Source: Hyalangium minutum
Lineage (GTDB): Bacteria > Myxococcota > Myxococcia > Myxococcales > Myxococcaceae
Length of the DNA: 248,000 nucleotides
Assembly (NCBI RefSeq): GCF_000737315.1
Contig: NZ_JMCB01000005.1
Location: 20,001 to 268,000, forward strand
Reading direction: 5' to 3'
Shown here: one piece after another, positions 175,320-188,287 of the stretch
Position numbering within the stretch: position 1 is the stretch's first letter
Layout of the letters: every line of letters begins with the position of its first letter
Position numbers and translations under genes: made by a program
The notes under the pieces: model-generated
Databases searched by the model: none
The model's input: the letters and a program-made list of their open reading frames with translations, nothing else
Told to the model about the DNA's origin: nothing

Positions 175320-175904
175320 CTACTTGAGGACGACGGACTTCAGCTCCTGGTCCTTGTCGCGCATCGCCTTGAGCAGCGCGTCCCAGCCACCCTCCTTGAG
175401 GAGCGGGCGGACCTGATCATCGCGGATGCCGGTGAGCATGGAGTCTCCGAGCACCGCCACGTCGACCACCTTCCAGCCGGCCTTGTCCTTGGCCAGGGCG
175501 TACTTGAGCTTGAGCTCCTGCTTCTTCATCGGGTGGTCGATGACGACGGTGGAGGCGACCTTCGCCTCTTCGCCCGTTACTTCAGGGTCCTCGTAGGTGA
175601 TGGAGGCCAGGTTCTTGAAGTTGTCGCGGACCTTGGGGAAGGCAATCTTCGCGAAGAGGTTGTGGAAGAGCTGGATGAACTCCTTGCGCTGGGCCTCGGA
175701 GGCCTTCTCCCACTCCTCGCCGACGAGGAACTTGGCCTGCTGCTCACCGCCAAAGTTCTTGAGGGCGGCCAGGTCCTTGCCATAGCGCACGGACTGGACG
175801 ACGGTCTTCACGGGCTTGGAGACCGCCTCGTTCGGCGCGGCGAAAGCCGGCAGGGCGAGCACGAGGGCGGCCAGAAGGGGGACGCAGCGGAGGCGAGCGT
175901 TCAT
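175320..175904 (-). CDS. MlaC/Ttg2D-like substrate-binding protein
   Basis: WKVVDV...G.SM...RDDQ. Confidence 0.7.
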   Translation of the reverse strand: MNARLRCVPLLAALVLALPAFAAPNEAVSKPVKTVVQSVRYGKDLAALKNFGGEQQAKFLVGEEWEKASEAQRKEFIQLFHNLFAKIAFPKVRDNFKNLASITYEDPEVTGEEAKVASTVVIDHPMKKQELKLKYALAKDKAGWKVVDVAVLGDSMLTGIRDDQVRPLLKEGGWDALLKAMRDKDQELKSVVLK

Positions 175905-176128
175905 ACGGATCCTTGTTCCTGTCGAAAGGAAGCGAGGGCTTCCTGTAGCCCAGGGGAACGTCTGGCGCTCTGGAAAATTCACTCAGCGTTCCGGGCCCCT
176001 TGCCTGCCGGGCAGGACACAGAAAATCGAATTCGAGGGCTGCTCACGGGGTTTGACTGGGGAAGGACCCCACGTCTAGTGTCCGGTGACGCGGGACTTCG
176101 CGCCTGCCTCAAAATCTCCCGAGAAGAC

Positions 176129-178709
<2,581 letters not shown>

Positions 178710-178720
178710 GCCGCGGAAGA

Positions 178721-178880
178721 GAGAGGGGAAAGGTTGCTGCCCGAGTGGTGAAGCCACTTTTGGTTGGCTGACCAATTCAGGTCTGGAGCGGAGTTGAACC
178801 GCGTCGCTTATGAGGCGATTACCAGGAGCGTGTGGGGCCTCACCGGCCAGGCAGCTGAGGGGAAGGACGAAATTCCCCTT
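178721..178880. ncRNA. Candidate structured ncRNA (long closing stem, possibly 6S-like)
   Basis: End-to-end pairing GCTGCC/GGCAGC, GGTGA/TCACC, CCAC/GTGG with internal hairpins; identity not confirmed. Confidence 0.35.
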
Positions 178881-178901
178881 AAAATCCTGACAGCGCTCCT
178901 G

Positions 178902-179372
178902 TCACTCCGGGAAGGTCGCCAGCGTGAGGGCCTCGGGCGGGCCCTTCAGCTCGCGAGGAAGCTTCAGCACCCCGGAGTGGTAGCGCCAGCCCGTCCCGTC
179001 GTGGCGGAAGTCCGAGCGCTCCACGAACGAGCGGTCCTTTCCCTTCTCGAACACCTTGGCGAAGAAGAGCACCTGCGCCACGCCCTGCTCGTCCGGTGGC
179101 CGGCGGTCCATGACCACCAGCCCTGGGAACTGGTGGGTCTGCAGGTAGGTGCGCAGCTCACGTGACGCCTCGGCCTCCGGCCGTTTCCGGTCCGGGTGAT
179201 CCGGGTGCAGGGACTTCCAGAGCCAGGCTACCTCGCGCATCGCAAAGGCGCTGTAGCGGGAGCGCATGAGCGCCTCGGCGTCGGGAGGCTCGGCCTGGCC
179301 ACGGTGGTAGGGCGCGCAGCACTGGCTGTAGCGAAGGCCAGACGAACAGGGGCAGGGTGGGGCAGGGGGCAT
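178902..179372 (-). CDS. ychJ: YchJ family (SEC-C) protein
   Basis: CPCSSG...CC, ALMRSRYSAF, ERSDF, WRY. Confidence 0.85.
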   Translation of the reverse strand: MPPAPPCPCSSGLRYSQCCAPYHRGQAEPPDAEALMRSRYSAFAMREVAWLWKSLHPDHPDRKRPEAEASRELRTYLQTHQFPGLVVMDRRPPDEQGVAQVLFFAKVFEKGKDRSFVERSDFRHDGTGWRYHSGVLKLPRELKGPPEALTLATFPE

Positions 179373-179503
179373 ACCGGTCGCCTCAGAGCCTACCCTCAGG
179401 CGGGCCTTGCCTACCTCCCGACGTATTCACCGGTGGACAGCGCACCGGGAGGTCATGGCCCTTGCGGGCCAGGGGTGGAAGGCTTACATCCGGTCCTCTC
179501 CTT

Positions 179504-180400
179504 ATGAGTCTCATCGAAGCCATCGTCCTCGGGCTGGTCCAGGGGCTCACTGAGTTCCTTCCCATCAGCTCCACCGCGCACCTGCGCATCGTCCCGGAGC
179601 TGCTCGGCTGGAAGGATCCCGGTGCGGCCTACTCTGCCGTCATCCAGCTGGGCACGGTGGCCGCCGTGCTCATCTACTTCCGCGGCGACCTGGTGAAGCT
179701 CACCGTCGCCTTCTTCCAGGGGCTCGCGCGCCGCCAGCCGTTCGCCACCCTGGAGTCCCGCCTGGCGTGGTTCGTGCTCGTGGGCACCCTGCCCATCGGC
179801 ATCTGCGGGCTCGCGTTCAAGAAGCACATCGAGAGCTCCCTGCGCTCGCTCTACATCATCTCCACCAGCCTCATCGTCCTGGCCATCATCCTCTTCATCG
179901 TGGAGCGCGTGGCCTCGCACCAGCGGACCGTGGCTGACATGCGCTGGAAGGATGCCATCATCATCGGCGCGTGGCAGTCCGTGGCGCTCATCCCGGGCTC
180001 GTCGCGCTCGGGCACCACGCTCACGGGAGCGCTGTCGCTCGGGCTGCGGCGCGAGGATGCCGCCCGGTACTCCTTCTTGCTCTCCATTCCCGCCACGACG
180101 CTCGCGGGCGTCTTCGAGCTCAAGCATCTGCTGGAGGCGGAGACCCGGCCGTCCACCGTGGCTCTGGCCACGGGGACCCTCGTCGCGTTCGCCTCGGGCT
180201 GGGCCGCCATCGCGTGGCTGCTGCGCTACCTGCGCACGCGCTCGACGATGATCTTCGTCGTGTACCGCGTGGCGCTCGGGCTGGTGCTGATCGGCCTGCT
180301 CCAGGCCGGCGTGCTCAAGCCGCTCTCGGGCGTGGAGAACGTCGCAACGAATCCGTCGGAGCCTACGAAGCCCCCCGTGGAAAAGCAGGTCACCGACTGA
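179504..180400 (+). CDS. uppP: Undecaprenyl-diphosphatase
   Basis: QGLTEFLPISSTAH, PGSSRSG. Confidence 0.93.
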   Translation: MSLIEAIVLGLVQGLTEFLPISSTAHLRIVPELLGWKDPGAAYSAVIQLGTVAAVLIYFRGDLVKLTVAFFQGLARRQPFATLESRLAWFVLVGTLPIGICGLAFKKHIESSLRSLYIISTSLIVLAIILFIVERVASHQRTVADMRWKDAIIIGAWQSVALIPGSSRSGTTLTGALSLGLRREDAARYSFLLSIPATTLAGVFELKHLLEAETRPSTVALATGTLVAFASGWAAIAWLLRYLRTRSTMIFVVYRVALGLVLIGLLQAGVLKPLSGVENVATNPSEPTKPPVEKQVTD

Positions 180401-180401
180401 C

Positions 180402-181016
180402 GTGGACGCTCTCTTCGACAGACTGGAGGCGCAGCTCGCCTCCCACCCGCCCCGGCCCCTGAACCTGCCGGGATTGGTGCTGCGCGAGTCCGCGGTGCTC
180501 GTCCCGCTGTTCGAGCGCGACGGCGTGCCTCATGTCCTCTTCACGCGCCGTCCCGCTCACCTGCGCAACCACGCCAACCAGTTCTCCTTCCCCGGTGGAG
180601 GCCGCGACGCGGAGGACCTCACGCCTCTGCACACCGCACTCCGCGAGACCGAGGAGGAGCTCGGCATCGACCGCAACCGGGTGCGGGTGATCGGGATGCT
180701 GGATGAGCTTCCCACCGTCACCTCGTTCCGCATCCAGCCGTTCGTGGGCATCATCCCCAGCGACGGGCAGTACCGACCCAACGCCGATGAGGTGGCGTTC
180801 ATCCTCGAGGTGCCTCTGGCGGGGTTGATGGACCCGTCCATTCGCCGCACCGAGCAGCGCACATGGGAGGGTGTGGAGTACGACGTGTACTTCTACACGT
180901 ACGACTCGCACGTCATCTGGGGCGCCACGGCGCGCATCCTCTACAACCTGCTGGAGCACATCGCGCAGATGCCCTCGGGCAGCGCCACGCCCCTGGCGGG
181001 CAGCGGTACCGGGTGA
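180402..181016 (+). CDS. Nudix CoA pyrophosphatase
   Basis: FPGG...ALRETEEELG, IWGATA. Confidence 0.88.
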   Translation: MDALFDRLEAQLASHPPRPLNLPGLVLRESAVLVPLFERDGVPHVLFTRRPAHLRNHANQFSFPGGGRDAEDLTPLHTALRETEEELGIDRNRVRVIGMLDELPTVTSFRIQPFVGIIPSDGQYRPNADEVAFILEVPLAGLMDPSIRRTEQRTWEGVEYDVYFYTYDSHVIWGATARILYNLLEHIAQMPSGSATPLAGSGTG

Positions 181017-181029
181017 GGGCGCCCGCGCC

Positions 181030-182454
181030 TCAGAACTGCAGGTAGACGTACGGCCGGGCCTCGACCGAGGCCAGGTGGCGGATGCCCAAGCCGATTCCCA
181101 CCAGCACCACCGCGCGCACCGGAACGGGCAGACGTACGAAGAGCGTCCCCCCGAGCTCGTAGAGCTTCATCGGCAGCGCGTGGCTTACCACCGCAACGGC
181201 GAGCATGATCCACACCAGCATGCTCACGTTGGCCAGCCCCGGGATGAACAAGAGCATGCGCTCGTAGAACTCGGCCGCGTGCGTCATGTCCGGTGCCCGG
181301 AACACCACGCGCGTCAGCACCACCAGCGTGAACGTGAAGAGCATCCCCACGCCCGCGCGGAGCCAGCTCACCGACTCCTTCTCCGGCCGTCCGCCTCGGA
181401 TCCACCACCACGTGCGGGTGATGCACAGGCCCACGCCGTGCACGGCACCCCACACCGCAAAGCGCCAGTCCGCCCCGTGCCACAGGCCGCCCAGCACCAT
181501 CACCGTCATCAGGTTGAACAGCACCCGTGGCTTCGAGGCCCGGTTGCCGCCCAGCGGAATGTAGAGGTAGTCCCGCAGCCAGCTCGACAGGCTCATGTGC
181601 CAGCGGTTCCAGAACTCGAAGAGGTTCTTCGCCAGGTACGGCCGCGCGAAGTTCTCTGGGAACTCGAAGCCCAGCAGTGCCGCCGCGCCAATCGCGATGT
181701 CCGAGTACCCCGAGAAGTCGAAGTACAGCTCGAACGTGTAGGCCACTGCCGCCATCGCGCACTCGGCCGAGGTGTACGCCGCGGGGTCTCCGAAGACCGG
181801 GTCTACCAGCCCGCTCCCCAGCACGTCCGCGATCACCATCTTCTTCACCAGGCCCACCGCGATCCGGTACATCGCCCGGCCGCCCTGCTCGGTCGTCAGC
181901 GTGGGCACGTCGTTGAAGCGATCCAGCAGCGCCGAGGCCCTCACGATGGGCCCCGAGACGACGCGCGGGAAGAAGAGCAGGTAGAGCAGGTGCTCCAGGT
182001 AGCTGTGCTCCGCGCTCGCCTTGCCGCGGTACACGTCCACCACGTAGCTGATCGCCTGGAAGCACAGGAACGACAGACCGATGGGCAGGATCAGCCCGAA
182101 GGGCTCCTGGCGCACCTCGATGCCCCAGGGCGCCAGCAGCGACCGCGCCGTCTCGCGGAACAGCTCCGCGTACTTGAACGTGGCCAGCATGCCCAGGTTC
182201 GACACCACCGACGCCGTCACCAGCAGCTTGCGCAGCCGGGAAGACTGCGTCCGCGCCAGTCCCCGGACAATGAGGTGGTCCACCGCCGCGCCCCAGAAGA
182301 AGACCAGGACCGGCAGCGGTGTCCACACCGTATAGAAGTAGAGGCTCGAGACGAGCAGCACGCCCAGGCGCGCCACTCGGTGGCGGTGCACCGCCCAGTA
182401 CAGCGCGAAGACCAGGGCCAGGAAGGCCAGATAGGAGATGCTGGTGGACGGCAT
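181030..182454 (-). CDS. MBOAT O-acyltransferase (AlgI/PatA-like)
   Basis: PIGLSF, DFSGYSD, FWNRWHMSLS, WHG. Confidence 0.92.
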   Translation of the reverse strand: MPSTSISYLAFLALVFALYWAVHRHRVARLGVLLVSSLYFYTVWTPLPVLVFFWGAAVDHLIVRGLARTQSSRLRKLLVTASVVSNLGMLATFKYAELFRETARSLLAPWGIEVRQEPFGLILPIGLSFLCFQAISYVVDVYRGKASAEHSYLEHLLYLLFFPRVVSGPIVRASALLDRFNDVPTLTTEQGGRAMYRIAVGLVKKMVIADVLGSGLVDPVFGDPAAYTSAECAMAAVAYTFELYFDFSGYSDIAIGAAALLGFEFPENFARPYLAKNLFEFWNRWHMSLSSWLRDYLYIPLGGNRASKPRVLFNLMTVMVLGGLWHGADWRFAVWGAVHGVGLCITRTWWWIRGGRPEKESVSWLRAGVGMLFTFTLVVLTRVVFRAPDMTHAAEFYERMLLFIPGLANVSMLVWIMLAVAVVSHALPMKLYELGGTLFVRLPVPVRAVVLVGIGLGIRHLASVEARPYVYLQF

Positions 182455-182455
182455 G

Positions 182456-185401
182456 TCAGCCTCCCTCCGCGTTTCGCGCGACCGGCGCTGGCATCGAAGG
182501 GGCCGCGGAGGCGCGGGCCTGAGGCATCGGCGCGGACTCCGTCTCAGGGTGGAGTAGCTGCATCGGAGCCTGGCCCTGCGTCGGACCGGGGGCGGGAGGC
182601 GTAGGGCCGGTCTCCGGAGCGCCCTGCTTCGGCGTGGGCGCCTGGGTTGGCACCTGGCCCGGATCCGGCGCCTGCACCTGCTCGCGGGGCGCCAATTTGT
182701 AGGCCTCGTAGGCGGAGAGCAGGTCCTTCATGAAGGAGGCGGCCAGTTGCTCGTAGCCAGGCTGTGTCAGGTGCGTGCCGTCCTCGTGGCCCAGGGCCGG
182801 CTCAGCGCGCTGCCAGCGCAGCATGGAGCGCTCACCGCCCATCGCCGCCCGGGCGGACCAGTAGGCACAGCCCGCCTCGTGGGCCACCGCCGGGAGCGTG
182901 GTGAGCACCCGTCCCAGCGCGCTCGCCTCCGTCCAGCGCCCATTCGCGTCCTGCATCAGCCGGTCCGTTGGGCCGATGAGCAGGCACTCCGCGCCCGTGG
183001 AGGCGCGCAGCCGTGAGAGCAGGGCCACGTACTCTTTGTGCCATGCCTCCGGGTCGAGATCGGGCAGGCCCGCCTCGTTGGTTCCGTACCAGAGCACGAG
183101 CAACTGCGGCTTGCGCGACGTGAGCTGCTTCTCCAGCGCCGCTGGCTCTTCGCGGCTGAGCGTGAACGCCGTACTGCCAGGAAGGCCGGCGGAGTCGAAG
183201 GTGACGCCGGGCTGCTCGAAGTCCAGAGCTGCGCCGAGCACCGTGATGGGACCTCCTCCTGCGTTCGTGACTTCAATCGAGTGCGCCGGGCCCGTGACAG
183301 GGAAGTGGCGGATGCGCACCGTGGCGGCAGTGACAGCCTCGGGCGGTGGCTCCTCGGCGGGGACTGCCTCGCCGTCGACCTTCACCTCCAGCTTCCCGGC
183401 TCCCGGCGCGTCCAGCCAGTACAGGGACAGCTGCGCCTTGGGCACCTTCGCGTCCTGGCAACCCTCGCAGAACGTCATGCGCAGCGAGGCCCCAGGCGCT
183501 CCCACCGCTCGGATGCCCGTGAGTCCCCAAGCCTCGCCAGGCTGGGCCTCGGGCTGCATCGCGTCCAGCACCTGCCACTCGCCCGTCAGCTCGCGCGACA
183601 CTTGCGCCGCCGCCAGCCGCTGGGAGGACTTGCCCGCCGCGATGAAGCCTCGCCCGCCGTCTCCGAACTTCTTGGTGAAGGTGCCACGGGCCGCGTCCGT
183701 GAAGAAGTGCGCCGCCGTGTGAGACGCGCCCAGCTGGACGATGCCCAGCCGCTCCGTGCTCTTCTTCTCCTCCAGCGCCCGCAGCCTCGCGAAGGTGCCC
183801 TTCAGCGCGGTGCTGCCCTCGATGAGCCCCGGCGGATCGTCCACCATGAGCAGCGGCTCGTGCTCCTTGGCATACGCACGCTGGAGCGCGAAGTCGAACA
183901 GGTGGCCCAGCAGGTCCGAGCCCCGGGCCCTCGGGTGCACCAGGTCCTCATTGAGCAGTCCCGTCGAAAGCCACTGGATCGAAGCGCCCTCGCCACCCAT
184001 CGCCGTCAGCGCGTCCCAGAAGGCACAGCCGCCCTCGCGCGCCACCTCGCGGAAGATGTCTCCCACTTCCTTCGAGCCCCGGCGCGGCACGAGCTCGCCA
184101 CCCATCGTTCGCACCGCCGCGTCGATCGGTGCCATCAACAGGCACGCCGCCTCCGGCACCGACTCGCGCACCTGCTTCACCAGCTCCGTCGCCTGGCTGC
184201 GGATCTCCTCGGGGGTGATGCGGTTGCGCGAGATGTAGAAGGCCTCGTTGCCGCCCACCATCAGCACCACCAGCGACGGCTTGCGGTGGCGCAGCTGCGA
184301 CCGGAAGGCGCCCTTCTGCGCTCGGAGGAAGACCTCCGCCGTCGCGCCCGGCAGGCCGATGGTGTCGTACACCACGCCCGGCTTGCCCGTCTCCAGCGAG
184401 ACACCGTGCAGCTCCACCTTCCCATACGTCTGCAGCGAGAGCGTCTTCGTGCCCTCGGGCAGCGCGAAGCGCGAGAACGCCACGCCCGGTAGCTCGAAGC
184501 GCGTCTGCAGGCGCTGCAGCGGCTTGCCGTCCGCGCTGAACTGCACCGAGCCGCCATCCGGCTTCGTCTGGAAGAACAGCTCCGCGAAGCGCGCGCCCTC
184601 GGCCGGGAAGCGCACGCTCGGATTGCCCGTGCCCGCAGACGCGAACGCCACGCCCGTGTAGCCCAGCTTGTCCTTGGGATAGTTCCGGTCGATGAGCCGG
184701 CTGATCTGCCAGCCCTCGCTCGCCGTGCCCGTGCGCACCGAGCGCCCCGCGCCCGTGGGCCGGTCCACCCAGAGGAACCCCTTGCCGCCCGAGCCGTGGC
184801 GCTCCTGCAGCCGCGCCCGGATCATGTCCGTGATGTGGTCCGAGGCAATCAGCGAGTCGCCCAGGTGCACCACCCTCACGGGTTGCTTCCGCCGGTCCTC
184901 GCGCAGCTCGTTCAAGGCCGTGAAGAACGGGGCCAGTCCGCTCTCCTCGCACCCGTTGGCCCCCATGCGCCGGCAGCCCAGCTCGATGTCCACGTGCTGC
185001 GAGCCCATCTTCTCGCGCAGCGTCTCCAGCGACAGCGCCCGGGCCCGCGTGAGCGTGGTCAGCCCCTCCAGGTCCGACGGCGGCGCCGTGGCCGCGGTGG
185101 GGGACTCCTCCTCAACGGTGGGCGTCTCCTCCTCGGGAACCGCGGGCTCCTCGGAAGGCGGCTGGGTGGGTACTCCCGCCAGCGCATCATCCTTGATAGG
185201 ACCTGACGAGCCCTTTCCCATCAGGGACTTGGGCAGCAACAGCTCCGCCAACCGTGGCGCCAGCGGTGCGTCCTTGCGCAAGGTAGGGATGGGACGAAAG
185301 GCCTCCGGCAGCGGCGCGAGGGAGAGTCCGAGCGCGAGCGCCGCCGTGAGGACGATTGTCCATCCCGTGGTTTTGGCCTTGGGGTCCAACTTGCCGAGCA
185401 T
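182456..185401 (-). CDS. Tandem SGNH/GDSL domain protein (PatB/AlgJ-like)
   Basis: GDS...GGNE...DLVHP and GAS...GTNE...DGTH. Confidence 0.78.
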   Translation of the reverse strand: MLGKLDPKAKTTGWTIVLTAALALGLSLAPLPEAFRPIPTLRKDAPLAPRLAELLLPKSLMGKGSSGPIKDDALAGVPTQPPSEEPAVPEEETPTVEEESPTAATAPPSDLEGLTTLTRARALSLETLREKMGSQHVDIELGCRRMGANGCEESGLAPFFTALNELREDRRKQPVRVVHLGDSLIASDHITDMIRARLQERHGSGGKGFLWVDRPTGAGRSVRTGTASEGWQISRLIDRNYPKDKLGYTGVAFASAGTGNPSVRFPAEGARFAELFFQTKPDGGSVQFSADGKPLQRLQTRFELPGVAFSRFALPEGTKTLSLQTYGKVELHGVSLETGKPGVVYDTIGLPGATAEVFLRAQKGAFRSQLRHRKPSLVVLMVGGNEAFYISRNRITPEEIRSQATELVKQVRESVPEAACLLMAPIDAAVRTMGGELVPRRGSKEVGDIFREVAREGGCAFWDALTAMGGEGASIQWLSTGLLNEDLVHPRARGSDLLGHLFDFALQRAYAKEHEPLLMVDDPPGLIEGSTALKGTFARLRALEEKKSTERLGIVQLGASHTAAHFFTDAARGTFTKKFGDGGRGFIAAGKSSQRLAAAQVSRELTGEWQVLDAMQPEAQPGEAWGLTGIRAVGAPGASLRMTFCEGCQDAKVPKAQLSLYWLDAPGAGKLEVKVDGEAVPAEEPPPEAVTAATVRIRHFPVTGPAHSIEVTNAGGGPITVLGAALDFEQPGVTFDSAGLPGSTAFTLSREEPAALEKQLTSRKPQLLVLWYGTNEAGLPDLDPEAWHKEYVALLSRLRASTGAECLLIGPTDRLMQDANGRWTEASALGRVLTTLPAVAHEAGCAYWSARAAMGGERSMLRWQRAEPALGHEDGTHLTQPGYEQLAASFMKDLLSAYEAYKLAPREQVQAPDPGQVPTQAPTPKQGAPETGPTPPAPGPTQGQAPMQLLHPETESAPMPQARASAAPSMPAPVARNAEGG

Positions 185402-185523
185402 GAGACTGGCTTTTTAGGGCCGGGTCAAAACTCTGATCACGGGTGTCCCGGTTGGGGGGCAGACAGGCACACAGGCGGTGAAGCTGCCGCCCGCATCTCC
185501 AAGAGGCTATGGTGCGCCGCCTC

Positions 185524-186588
185524 ATGGCTCTCTACCCCGTCATCATGGCCGGCGGCTCTGGCACCCGGTTCTGGCCCCTGTCCCGCCAAGCCCGTCCCAA
185601 GCAGTTCCTTCCTTTGGCCTCGAAGTATCCCCTGATCACCGACACGGCGGCCCGCCTCAAGGGGTTGGCCTCGATGAAGAACCTCTTCATCGTCTGCGGC
185701 CCCCTCCATGCCAAGGCCGCCTCCAAGCTCGTGAAAGGCCTGCCGAAGCAGAACCTCCTGGTAGAGCCGGTGGCCCGCAACACCGCCCCGGCCATCGCGC
185801 TCGCCACGGTGCAGGTGGCCGCCCGGGACCCGAAGGGAATCCTCATCGTCCTGCCATCGGACCACCACGTGGCCAACCCGGAGGGGTTCCGGCAGACGCT
185901 CGCGGAGGCTGCCCGGGTCGCCGAGGCCGGCCACATCGTCACCCTGGGCATCAAGCCCCACCGCCCCGAGACGGGCTACGGCTACATCCAGCTCGGCGAG
186001 CCCCTGGAGGGCGGCGGCCGCAAGGTGAAGGCCTTCAAGGAGAAGCCGGACCTGGAGACGGCCCGGGGCTACGTGGACTCCGGTGAGTTTCTCTGGAATG
186101 GCGGCATCTTCGTCTTCCGCGCGGACGTGATGCTGGAGGCCTTCGCCAAGCACATGCCCGAGATGAAGAAGGGCCTGGAGGCCCTGCGGGCGGCGGCGGG
186201 CAAGCGCACCTTCTCCTCGGTGCTCAAGCGCGTCTTCCCGAAGCTGCCCTCCATCTCCATCGACTACGGCGTCATGGAGAAGGCCGAGAACATCGCCGTG
186301 CTGCCCGGGGACTTCGGCTGGTCGGACGTGGGCTCCTTCTCCGCCATCCCCGAGGTGCGCCCCGCGGACGCGCGCGGCAACGTCATCTCTGGCCCCGAGT
186401 CCATCGTCGTGGACTGCGATGGGTGCGTGGTCCTCGGGGACAAGCGCCCGCTGGCCGTGGTGGGCATGAAGGATGTGGTGGTGGTGGACGCGGGTGATGC
186501 GGTGCTCGTGGTCCCCAAGGACAAGAGCCAGGACGTGCGCAAGGTCGTCGAGGCCCTCAAGGCGGGCAAGCGCCAGAAGTTCCTGTAG
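185524..186588 (+). CDS. Mannose-1-phosphate guanylyltransferase
   Basis: MAGGSGTRFWPLSR, RNTAPAI, WSDVGS. Confidence 0.92.
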   Translation: MALYPVIMAGGSGTRFWPLSRQARPKQFLPLASKYPLITDTAARLKGLASMKNLFIVCGPLHAKAASKLVKGLPKQNLLVEPVARNTAPAIALATVQVAARDPKGILIVLPSDHHVANPEGFRQTLAEAARVAEAGHIVTLGIKPHRPETGYGYIQLGEPLEGGGRKVKAFKEKPDLETARGYVDSGEFLWNGGIFVFRADVMLEAFAKHMPEMKKGLEALRAAAGKRTFSSVLKRVFPKLPSISIDYGVMEKAENIAVLPGDFGWSDVGSFSAIPEVRPADARGNVISGPESIVVDCDGCVVLGDKRPLAVVGMKDVVVVDAGDAVLVVPKDKSQDVRKVVEALKAGKRQKFL

Positions 186589-186636
186589 GCGCTTGCCCGA
186601 AGCTCGTCGTCCGGCGCTCCCGGTCCGGAGCGCGGC

Positions 186637-188193
186637 TCACGGCTGCAAGTCGGTGCCCTGCTCCGTGCCGACCAGCAGCCGCCACACGTCCAGCCGCTCC
186701 GGGCCGGAGAGCGGGAGGGCCTCTCCGATGAACACGTGGTGGTAGTCCGCGAAGGCGCCGCGGAACTTCTCCTGGATGCCATCCATGGACAGGGCGCCGT
186801 TGCGGCCGTAGTGGTTCTCTCGCATGACGAGCCCCGGGCGGTACGACTCGCGCCCGAGCCGCAGGAGCACCGGCTGCAGGATGCTGGGCTTCACGCGGTT
186901 GTGGCGGACCGTCAGCCCATTCACCACGATGCCATCGGCCGCCAGCATCAGCCCGTAGCTGGCCGTGCGCTCCACCACGTTGTCGACCACCTGTACGTTC
187001 TGGCCGCCCGCCACGCGGATGCCCTGGCCGTTGTGCAGCGGGAAGTTGCGAATGTCCTGGATGGTGTTGCCCTCCAGCCGGATGTTCCGCGGGGCCGCCT
187101 CCTGGCTCAGCACCGAGATGCCTCGGCCCGCCCGGGAGATGTCATTGCCCTGGATGAGCACGTCCCGAGCGCCCCGCGAGATGAGCACCGCCTCGCCGGC
187201 CGACGAGCCCACGGCGCGGATGCTCACGTTGGGGAAGCCGTACATCTGGTTATCGCGCACGGTGACGCCGTAGCACTGCTTGATGTCCACCCCGTTCTCG
187301 CCGTTGTCGTGCAGCTCGTTGCCCTGGACGAGCAGGGTCTCCGCCGGAGCCGAGCCCGCCTGGCACTGCACCGAGTCCCCCGAGTTGTGGTGGATGTTGT
187401 TGTTCTGGATGGTGATGTTGCGCGACGGGCCCACCACGACGATGCCGTGCGAGTCATCCGCCGGCTTGATGAAGTGGTGGATGAGGTTGTCCTCGATGGT
187501 CACGTTCCGGGCGCCCTGGACGATGATGCCCGCTCCGGCTCGACCATCGCGCAGCTCGCTGTGGGCCAGGCGCGAGCCGTCCGCGCCCACGTGGAAGACG
187601 ATGGCGGCCATGGGCGCCTCGTCCACGTCCAGGTGCAGGTTCTCCAGGTTCCAGTTCCCGCGCACGAAGATGAGCGAGCCTGGGGCCCGGTTGGCGGGCT
187701 TGAGGGTGGGTCGTGCCGTGCCCTCGCCGCGAATGGTGACGGGAGCGGCGCCCGAGCCCCGGGACTCCAGGACCAGCGTCTCCGAGTACGTCCCCGCCAT
187801 GACGCGAATGACATCGCCCGCCCGCGCGAGCGAGGTCGCCCGTGCGATGGTGCGCAGCGGCAGCGCCTGCGTGCCCAAGCCCACGTCCGAGCCCTTCATG
187901 CTCACGTACCAGCTGCGCGAGGTATTCTGCGAACCCCCTGAGCCGCCGTTCGCCGGAGGAGCTTCATCGGACGGGGCCTGCGGAGACTGGCTCTGCGGCG
188001 GCGGCGGGCTCTCCTGAGCGGGGGGGCTCGTGGGAGACTGCACCCCGGAGCCGGCCTGCGCCCCCAGGTCCGACGGATCCTGGGTGAACCGTTGCTCCAT
188101 CAACAGCGAAGGCTCACAGGCACTGAGGAGCAACCCCGTGAGTACGCCGCATGCCCCCTGGAAGGTGCGTCCGCTGCTTTCCCTACGTTTCAT
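186637..188193 (-). CDS. Right-handed beta-helix lipoprotein
   Basis: PLRTI..A, GENGVDIK, PbH repeats. Confidence 0.75.
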   Translation of the reverse strand: MKRRESSGRTFQGACGVLTGLLLSACEPSLLMEQRFTQDPSDLGAQAGSGVQSPTSPPAQESPPPPQSQSPQAPSDEAPPANGGSGGSQNTSRSWYVSMKGSDVGLGTQALPLRTIARATSLARAGDVIRVMAGTYSETLVLESRGSGAAPVTIRGEGTARPTLKPANRAPGSLIFVRGNWNLENLHLDVDEAPMAAIVFHVGADGSRLAHSELRDGRAGAGIIVQGARNVTIEDNLIHHFIKPADDSHGIVVVGPSRNITIQNNNIHHNSGDSVQCQAGSAPAETLLVQGNELHDNGENGVDIKQCYGVTVRDNQMYGFPNVSIRAVGSSAGEAVLISRGARDVLIQGNDISRAGRGISVLSQEAAPRNIRLEGNTIQDIRNFPLHNGQGIRVAGGQNVQVVDNVVERTASYGLMLAADGIVVNGLTVRHNRVKPSILQPVLLRLGRESYRPGLVMRENHYGRNGALSMDGIQEKFRGAFADYHHVFIGEALPLSGPERLDVWRLLVGTEQGTDLQP

Positions 188194-188287
188194 GCTTGTC
188201 CCCTCGCCCCCCAGCCCTATTGAGGCGGGCCGAAAATCGACACGACCCGCTTGGTCAACAAGGGGACTGCCCTGGGGAGAAGTGGGA

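Noticed and set aside
175905-176128. SAM riboswitch upstream of metK or SAH riboswitch upstream of ahcY
   Set aside because: No SAM-I/II or SAH consensus seen; only a promoter-like TTGACT
178770-178810. GGTTCAACTCC T-loop-like motif on the minus strand as tRNA or tmRNA
   Set aside because: No cloverleaf, acceptor stem or CCA could be built
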